NCBI GenBank assembly: GCA_965112735.1
Contig: OZ218953.1
Location: forward strand, 2,666,001 to 2,730,000
Origin: Phaeosaccion multiseriatum
Taxonomy: Eukaryota > Protista > Ochrophyta, other classes
Direction of reading: 5' to 3'
DNA: 64,000 bases
Shown: in pieces, positions 58,292 through 64,000 of the stretch
Layout of the letters: every line of letters starts with the position of its first letter
How positions within the stretch are numbered: position 1 is the first letter of the stretch
Notes under the pieces: model-generated
What the model saw: the letters and a program-made list of their open reading frames with translations, nothing else
Told to the model about the DNA's origin: nothing
The model's database searches: none
Made by a program: the position numbers and the translations under genes

Positions 58292-61192
58292 ATGATGGCC
58301 GCCACCATGAGTCCTCCAGCGGTGCTCACCATCGAGGAGGCCCACAAGGAGTTTGAGACCTGCTCCAGTATCATGGACCAGCATGGACACACACTGGACG
58401 TCTTTCGCGTGGAGTATCAGCAGCTGTATGATGCCATCGTTGCCAGCAATGAGGGTCTCCAGGTGGCAACCAGGAAGACAGAGCAGCTCTCGGCGGTGAG
58501 TGGGCCTCCCATGACATCTTTGAAGAAGCCCCTACTGACGGCCCCCTCTCCTCTCCCATTGACCCCTGTGCCTTCAATACTAGGAAATTAATGTGACGCG
58601 AGAGAAGCTCGCTCAGCTAGAGACATATGATGAAGATGCCAAGGTAAGCGTGCAGCCAGTAAGACTGAAGGAAAAGAGGTTGGAAGTAAAACCTCTCACC
58701 CTCCTGCACGCCCACACACCGTATGCATGCTACACTCAGGGAACGCGCATGAACATGGAGGTGACTATCGACACCATGAAGAAGCAGTTAAAGGAAACTG
58801 CTGCTTTGGAAAGTCGGCGGAGAAAAGCAGCCAAGGTAAGGCCGCAGCATGCACTGGTTTTCTTTGCATCGCTTTTGCTTTGACTTGACGTTACCATGTA
58901 CCTCTACTCTTACTTCTACAGGACTACTACGAGGAAATCGACAACCTCAAGCGGCTCATCGCCCAAGGGCCCGACTGGACGGATGAGCAGATGATGACTC
59001 GGGACCGGCTCAGCAAGGACGTGGCGGAGATGAAGCACTCAGTAGACCTAAGGAGGAGGGACGAGGTGAGCGTGAGGAGCGATGTGGACAACTTGACGGC
59101 GGTGGTAGCGGCGGAGGAAGTCAAGGTGGAGGCCCTCCGAGCGCGACTGAAGGGTGTGGAGAAGGGCTTTGCCGACGCCAAGGACGAGAGCAGCAAGTCC
59201 ACGCAGCGCAAGGGGAGGCTGGAGGAACAGCTACACGACGTGCAGACCGCCGTCAAGAGGGATGCAGTTGTGCTCAAGGAGAAGAAGCAGAGGCTCCGTT
59301 TGGAGACGGAACGAATCACGCAGGTGAGTCAAGCAAGCACTCACTCTCTTCTCTTGTCCTGAGCCCAATAGGGCAAGAGGAGTGAACGAAATCGACAATT
59401 TACGCACAAGCAAACCAACGATGCTGGCGTGTGCTGACAAATGCAGGTCGAGGCTAAGCTGCGAGATAGCAAGGCGGGCATGGAAGAGTACTTTCTGCAG
59501 TACAATTCGCTTTTCCGGACCATCCAGCGACTGGGGGAGGAGCTGGAGGCTCAGATCGCCACCAATGATGAGCTCAAGACGGCTGAGCGAGTCATAGAAG
59601 CCGCATCTAGGTACGTGACATGACGTGCAATGCCAAGTGTCCAAGTGGGGATGTCTCTGCACACAGAAGACCATCCAAAGCTGTATCTACACGCGTCGAT
59701 TGAAAGGTGCTGGCGTTCTGACATCATGCTGTATGTGTGTGTGTGTGTTCGTGTGTCGCAGGGAGAAGCAAGCGGACGCTGCCCTGCTACATAGAGAGAC
59801 AAACAAACTAGTGAAACTCAAGCAACTCACACTCGAAAAGGTGGACAAGGTGGAGAGGGAGAGAAGGCGCTATGAGGAGAAGAGAGACGCCATCAAGCAG
59901 CAGGTGCGTACCGTAGAGCCGTGGCAAGCAGCCCTCCACTTCTTTTGATCCTTCGTGTGAGTCATTCAACGAGATGCAGCCACCACAGCTTCCTACACGC
60001 ATCCCCATCCTGTCATCGATGCTCCCCTCCTCATGTCCGTTTGTTTTTGTGGGTTTGGTTGTTTGCTTGTTGTCACATTCAGATCCACACGATAACTACC
60101 GTGGACCTGAAGGCGGAGCGAAGACTGAAGGAGGTGACAGAGCGGCAGGTGGCGGATGTGGGGCGGGAGAAGGATATTCTCGACCGCAAGTACCTCAGCA
60201 GCGACAAGGCCACGCAGCTCATCTACGACCTCTCTCAGGCACGTACCAACTTACACAACCCCTTACATAACACAACTTTGTTGTGGGTGCTGGCTTGGGC
60301 TGGCCAGAGAGACGAGCGTGCGTGGTTGCACGTGCTTGCTTTGAGCTATGCGGCACTCTCACACCTCGAAAGGCAAGAGCGTCACAGATGGATTGAAAGA
60401 GAGAGAGTCTCACGCGTTTGCTATTGTTCCGTTCGGTCCCACCTCTCTGCCCGCCGCCTTTCACCTTCTCCAGGCGAACCAAAGCACGCAGCACAACCTG
60501 CTGGTGGAGATCTCCGCCTTCAAGTCGGGTATCAAAGACAAGCGCAGAATCATCGAGAGCATGGTGGGAGAGAAGGACCAGCATGAGGCGGAGGCGGCGG
60601 AACATAGTCGGCGCTTTCAGGAGAAGCTCGAGGAGCTGAAGCTGCAGGACATTCAGGTTGGGACCGAGGGAGAGGGACGGAGGGAGGGAGAGGAGTGTGC
60701 TTCTCTCGCTCAGCTGACGGCGGCCTTTCCCACTTTCGTGAGGGACCCTGACCCGGACGTTTTCGTTCTAACCGTGCAACCGTGTCTGCCCTTTTGTGTC
60801 AGATGAAAGACTTGCAAAGGAGTATCGCTAACGCTGGTGGTCGCTTAAAGCAACAGCAAAACCTGTACAAGGCAGTTCGAAGCGACCGAAATACATATAG
60901 CAAGACACTAATAGAAGCACAGGTGGGTGGGTGGGTGGGTCTGGAAAGTGCTCTGGAAGGGGTGTCCATCTTGGAGCGTATGGGTAGGTGGGGCAAGGAG
61001 AGCGGGTGGGTGAGGTGGGGCAAGGAGAGCGGGGGGGGACATAGACGAAGACACACATCGCTAATGGCATACCCTTGCCCTTCCCCCCCCATCCCTCCAA
61101 CGTTCATTCAGGAGGAGATTCGAGAAATGAAGCGGCGGTTCAAGATTATGAACCACCAGATAGAGCAGGTGCGTGCGTGGGGATGCATAGGA

Positions 61193-61232
<40 letters not shown>

Positions 61233-61519
61233 CACGCGCGCGCGCGACGAAGTTTGTCCACCTTCTTTTGTTGCCTTACCAACCCAAACTTGCTTCGTGA
61301 CGTCCGTCCACCCCTTCCACTCGACAGCTCAAGGAGGAGATCACTGTGAAGGACCACTCCCTGGTCAAGGAGCACTTCCACCACCATCACGTAGACAAGG
61401 ATAAGGAGACGCTCAGGAACGACTTCACCAAGATCAACAAGCAGGTGAGGGAGTGACTGAGGAAAAGCTAGCAAACGAGCAAGCAAGAGAAAAAGCAAAG
61501 TGAGCAAGCAAGCAAGCAA

Positions 61520-61596
<77 letters not shown>

Positions 61597-63316
61597 AGGG
61601 GACAACGTCGGCGAAAGGGGTTGAGAACTGGAATTGAAACTCCTCCCAGGCCTTGGGCCTAGAAGACTGCGCAATCGCGCGAGGGCCTCTCGAGATGCGA
61701 AACGTTCATTCTTATGCTTTGTCATCCCCTCCAAATCGGTTGCTACCCTCCCACCTGTACACAGATTGCAAGTGCAGACAACATCGTGGCCAACCAGAGG
61801 TAAGACCATGCATCGCACTTTGGCGAGCAAGCCAGCCCCCCCCAAGGGTCGAATGAATGGTTCACCCTTCCCTTCCCGCCTGTGCTCCTCTTGCCCCCCC
61901 CCCCCACCCTACCTACCTGCCCGTCCATGCCCGTGTGTCACACCCCCACCTCGAAACTAACGGCTACACGCACGCTCCCACACGCGCTCGCTGGTGGTTC
62001 GGTCGTTCGTCCCGTTTTCTTCCCTTCGTGCCCTGGGCGTCGCTTTACAATACTGAACTGTTGTTCGAAAAACAGGTCCGAGGTGCACAAGCTGAACCAG
62101 ATTATTCAGGAGGCCGAGGCGGAGAGGCAGAGGCAGGTGAAGGAGCTCGAGGCCATCACCGGGGAGAAGGGCATCTTAGCCGGGCAGCTCATGCAGCGCA
62201 ACGAAGAGCTGCACCGGCTCTATGAGAAGATTAAGGTGCAAGCCTCCAGCCTCCAGCAGGGGGAGGTGCGTTTTCAGTCCCTGTCGGTGGACACCCGCCT
62301 GCTCGAGAGGGACATTGGATCGATGGAGGCTGAGCTCATTGCGGCGCAGGGGCAGCTGCACGACGGGGGAGATCTCAAGGGGGCGGCACTCAAGCTGAGC
62401 AAGGAGCTGATGCAGGAGAAGGCGCGGGGCAAGGCTCTGTCGGCGGAGCTCGAGAAGCCCATCAATGTGCATCGCTGGAGAGCGCTAGAGAGTAGCGCGC
62501 CGGAGTGCTTCGACATGATTAAGAAGATTCAGAGCCTACAAGTGCGTGTGCGAGGTGTGCGTGTGTGTCTGTGCGGGTGTGCGTGTGTGTGTGCGTGCAT
62601 GTGCCTGGGCGTGTGCAAGCGTGTGCGAGCGCGTTGGTGATACTCTTCACTGGAGTCGAGTGTTTCGGCTCTGTTGCTCGCGCACCGCTTTCTGACTGAT
62701 ATCGCTGTCGTATGCCCCCGTGTCCCTCCTCCCCCCTCCCTCCAGACCCGGCTGATTAGCAAGACGGCGATGGTGACCAAGAAGGACCTGCTCATCCAAG
62801 AGAAGGAGCGCCTCTACGTGGAGCTCAAGAACATTCTGGGGAGGCAGCCTGGCCCAGAGGTGCGATGATTGGTGTGAAGGACTGAAGGCAGGCATGTCTC
62901 TGGTGATGAAGAGTTGACCCGTTGATGCTATGGTAGGAAGGACCCCAACTCACCGACCAACTGAAACGCCTTCCCTTCCCCCGCCTCTGCTCGGCGCTCT
63001 CCTTCTCTCTCTCTCTCTCTCCGTCTTTGCTTGATTACGTACATCCTGCCCTTCTCCCTCCCCCACACAACAGGTGGCGGAGCAGCTGCTGCTGTACCAG
63101 GACAACCTCAAGGAGAAGGTGAAGCAAATGGCGGCGATGGAGGAGGAGCTCGACATGTATCGCCAACAGGTGCAGCTCTTCAAGGAGGACATTGACACGT
63201 GCGGCAGGCGTGTACAGGGCATAAAGGCCGAGTGGCTGCACAAGATGTGGAAGACGCACTTTCGGCCGCCGGAAGAAGGGGGGGGCGAGGGAGCGGGCGC
63301 AGGCGCAGGCGCGTGA
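58292..63316 (+). CDS. CFAP58: Cilia- and flagella-associated protein 58 (FAP189/CCDC147), many exons
   Basis: RLKQQQNLYKAVRSDRNTYSKTLIEAQEEIREMKRRFKIMNHQIEQLKEEI; LYEKIKVQ; ELEKPINVHRWRALE; LLIQEKERLYVELKNILGRQPGPEVAEQL. Confidence 0.93.
61503..61595. repeat. (AGCA)n(AGCC)n tetranucleotide microsatellite in a CFAP58 intron
   Basis: Directly visible. Confidence 0.95.
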
Positions 63317-63498
63317 GACTTGAGGGCAGGAGGGGCGACACAGGCACCGTAGATTAAGACATACAGTACAAAAAAAGAAGAGAAAGGGGAAGAATTATAC
63401 ACCTCCTTCCCTCTGTCTCTCTTCTCTCTCTGCCTCTCTCTCTCTCTCTCCCCTCTGTGTGGGTACTCTCCTCTCTCGACGCCTCTCGACACCTCTCT

Positions 63499-63927
63499 CT
63501 ATTTGTTGGGCGGGTCCTGCTCCTCCTCCCCCTTGAGATCGAAGTCTGCCTTCATGTCTGCCAGGAGCTTCTGCATGCGCCCCCGGCTGGCAAAGTCGTC
63601 AAACTCCGCCTGCTGCATTTGCTCCAAGTCCACCAGCTCCACCACCTTCTCCCAGGGATTGAGCGAGCTTTGCACCGTGCCTAAGTGCTCCCGGAACTGC
63701 TCCTCTGCCTCTCTATTCTTCGACTGCCTCGACGCCAGCTCGTCCGTCTTTCGGTCGTAGAAGCCGTCGAGCTCGGCTTCGGCTTTTTTTCGAGTGTCCT
63801 CTTTTATTTGCGCTTCCCGTAGCCTCCTCTCCTCTCTACGCTCTTCGATCTCGGCGTTTAATCTATTCAATACCTCGTTTTCGGGAGGAGGAAGGACTTC
63901 CTGCTCTGGCTCTGGTAATTCGTACTG

Positions 63928-63973
<46 letters not shown>

Positions 63974-64000
63974 GTTTCGGCCTCGGCGCCTTCTGGCTCT
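63499..64000 (-). CDS. Clathrin light chain, 3' part (5' end lies outside the window)
   Basis: Coiled coil ..KAEAELDGFYDRK..SKNREAEEQF, NPWEKVVELVD and RMQKLLADMK, the CLC C-terminal pattern. Confidence 0.8.

Overview
Gene-dense, GC-rich, intron-containing eukaryotic nuclear DNA, most likely from a flagellated photosynthetic stramenopile (ochrophyte). Supporting this: a tubular-mastigoneme-type EGF protein, CFAP58, and ASAFAP-like bipartite plastid presequences. I assembled 23 protein-coding genes by hand, using ORF fragments and GT-AG junctions: a DnaJ-type Zn-finger miniprotein, SMPD4-like, ankyrin-CaaX, M6PR/ATG27-like, an NSF-like AAA ATPase, MAPEG, DUF2306, VTC4, cactin, PRL phosphatase, a mastigoneme protein, a sulfotransferase, RPL23A, RPS13, syntaxin-5, an unknown protein, TAPT1, a small plastid-targeted membrane protein, TMEM128, a ~3,000-aa repeat/coiled-coil protein, RPS12, CFAP58 and clathrin light chain (partial). 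I found no rRNA, tRNA, CRISPR array or transposase. Most short ORFs in the track are antisense or microsatellite artefacts. The main observations are: (1) gene strand alternates almost perfectly (21 of 22 neighbours), with ten compact head-to-head pairs; (2) an apparently plastid-targeted NSF paralogue with a single AAA domain; (3) a giant, possibly tail-anchored protein built from ~20 LxC helical repeats and acidic Trp/Phe motifs; (4) structured, snoRNA-like ribosomal-protein introns; (5) a GC-AG intron, a 12-nt microexon and overlapping convergent stop codons. All gene models are manual and have not been checked against transcripts or databases.
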